A stretch of DNA of 64,000 bases from Actinomycetota bacterium (GTDB taxonomy: Bacteria; Actinomycetota; Thermoleophilia; Solirubrobacterales; 70-9): the NCBI GenBank assembly GCA_038040285.1, contig JBBPIN010000010.1, positions 2,293 to 66,292 on the forward strand. The letters are read 5' to 3'. Both the position numbers and the translations under genes were made by a program. The notes under the pieces are model-generated. The model was not told the origin of the DNA. It made no database searches and saw only the letters and a list, made by a program, of their open reading frames with translations. Shown one piece after another: positions 63,203 to 64,000 of the stretch. Within the stretch, counting starts at the first letter, position 1; the number at the start of each line of letters is the position of its first letter.

Positions 63203-64000
63203 TTATCGGCGCTCCGACGCCAGCAGCTCTTCGTAGAGGCTCAGCGTGTCGGCGGCGATCCGATCCCAGGAGAACGGGCCCTCGGCCGCGCGGCGCGCCG
63301 CCGCCGCGAGCTCGGAGCGGGCCGCCTCGTGGTCGACCAGCTCGGCCAATGCCTGAGCGAGCGCCCCTGGGTTCTCGGGCGGGACGATCCGGGCCGCCCC
63401 ATGCTCGCTGGCAAGATCGGGAAAGCCCCCGACCGCGGACAGCACCATCGGCTTGCCGAAGGCCAGCGCCGTGTAGACGACGCCCGAGTGCTCGACGTCG
63501 CGGTAGGGCAGCACGACGAGGTCGGCGCGCCGAAAGTAGGCGGGGATCTCGGGGTCGGTGATGAAGCGGGGCACGAAGCGGACCGTGCCGCCCGCCGACT
63601 CGGCGAGCTGGCGCAGCGGCTCGACCTGCATGCGGGGATTGCCGACGATCCACAGCTCAGCCCCCTGCACGGAGCGAAACGCCTCCAGCAGGGTGTCGAT
63701 CCCCTTGTACGGGCGCAGCAACCCGAAGAAGAGGATCACCGGGCCCTCGATGTCATTCAGCTCGGCGGGCAGCGGTGTCTCCTCCGGCAGCCGGGTCAGA
63801 TAGTCGAAGGCGCCGTGGTGGATGACACGCACGCGGGCCGGCTCGACGCCGACCTCCTCCTCGAGCCGGCGCGCGCCGTGGCGCGAGTGCGCCACGACTG
63901 TGTCCATGCGACCGAAGACGCGCCGCGCGGTCGCGAGCTGGCTGCGACTGGGCTGCGGCGGAAGCACGTAATGCGCGGTCATCACCCGCGGGCGCAGCGG
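63203..64000 (-). CDS. Glycosyltransferase family 4 (GT-B fold), 5' end outside the window
   Basis: C-terminal EHSGVVYTALAFGKPMV (E-x7-E-like) motif. The ORF runs off the window edge. Confidence 0.78.
   Translation of the reverse strand, partial: PLRPRVMTAHYVLPPQPSRSQLATARRVFGRMDTVVAHSRHGARRLEEEVGVEPARVRVIHHGAFDYLTRLPEETPLPAELNDIEGPVILFFGLLRPYKGIDTLLEAFRSVQGAELWIVGNPRMQVEPLRQLAESAGGTVRFVPRFITDPEIPAYFRRADLVVLPYRDVEHSGVVYTALAFGKPMVLSAVGGFPDLASEHGAARIVPPENPGALAQALAELVDHEAARSELAAAARRAAEGPFSWDRIAADTLSLYEELLASERR

Overview
This is a high-GC window (roughly 70% by eye), densely coding and Actinomycetota-like in its gene order. Almost all of it is core metabolism and housekeeping. In order it contains: a PfkB kinase, an endonuclease III-like gene, a cytochrome c and an EEP-family gene; the heat-shock operon dnaK-grpE-dnaJ-hspR; an ABC-2 type exporter with sequence lesions; clpB; a membrane protein translationally coupled to a multidomain cell-wall hydrolase; a purine cluster (purD-E-B, purC-S-Q-L, purF-N-H) interrupted by a P450 gene and a frameshifted SnoaL-like gene; tRNA-Lys; thiO and a thiS-thiG fusion behind a TPP riboswitch, divergent from thiE; a long lipoate-centred block (lpd, a DsbA-like gene, PDH-like E1a/E1b/E2, a convergent DUF11/RTX secreted protein, BKD-like E1a/E1b/E2, Leu/Val dehydrogenase, lipB, lipA); a rhomboid protease; a DD-carboxypeptidase; two tRNA-Ala genes; gdh; a very acidic disordered protein; a GGDEF cyclase; a PQQ-type sugar dehydrogenase; a CrtI-like oxidoreductase operon carrying an alkyltransferase-like (ATL) gene; metF; and the start of a glycan/EPS glycosyltransferase cluster. 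I found no CRISPR array, transposase, integrase, phage gene or recognisable defence system, so I cannot support a claim of a large novel system here. The points most worth a second look are: (1) an exact 13-nt motif shared by the dnaK and clpB leaders, a candidate non-canonical HspR operator; (2) a ThiS-ThiG fusion that buries the ThiS Gly-Gly terminus; (3) four reading-frame lesions, all in accessory genes; (4) a transglycosylase x2 plus LAS-peptidase hydrolase coupled to an unknown membrane protein behind a 282-nt lower-GC leader; (5) an ATL protein with a PWQRV motif; and (6) a 283-aa polyacidic protein. Many start codons are inferred and uncertain.
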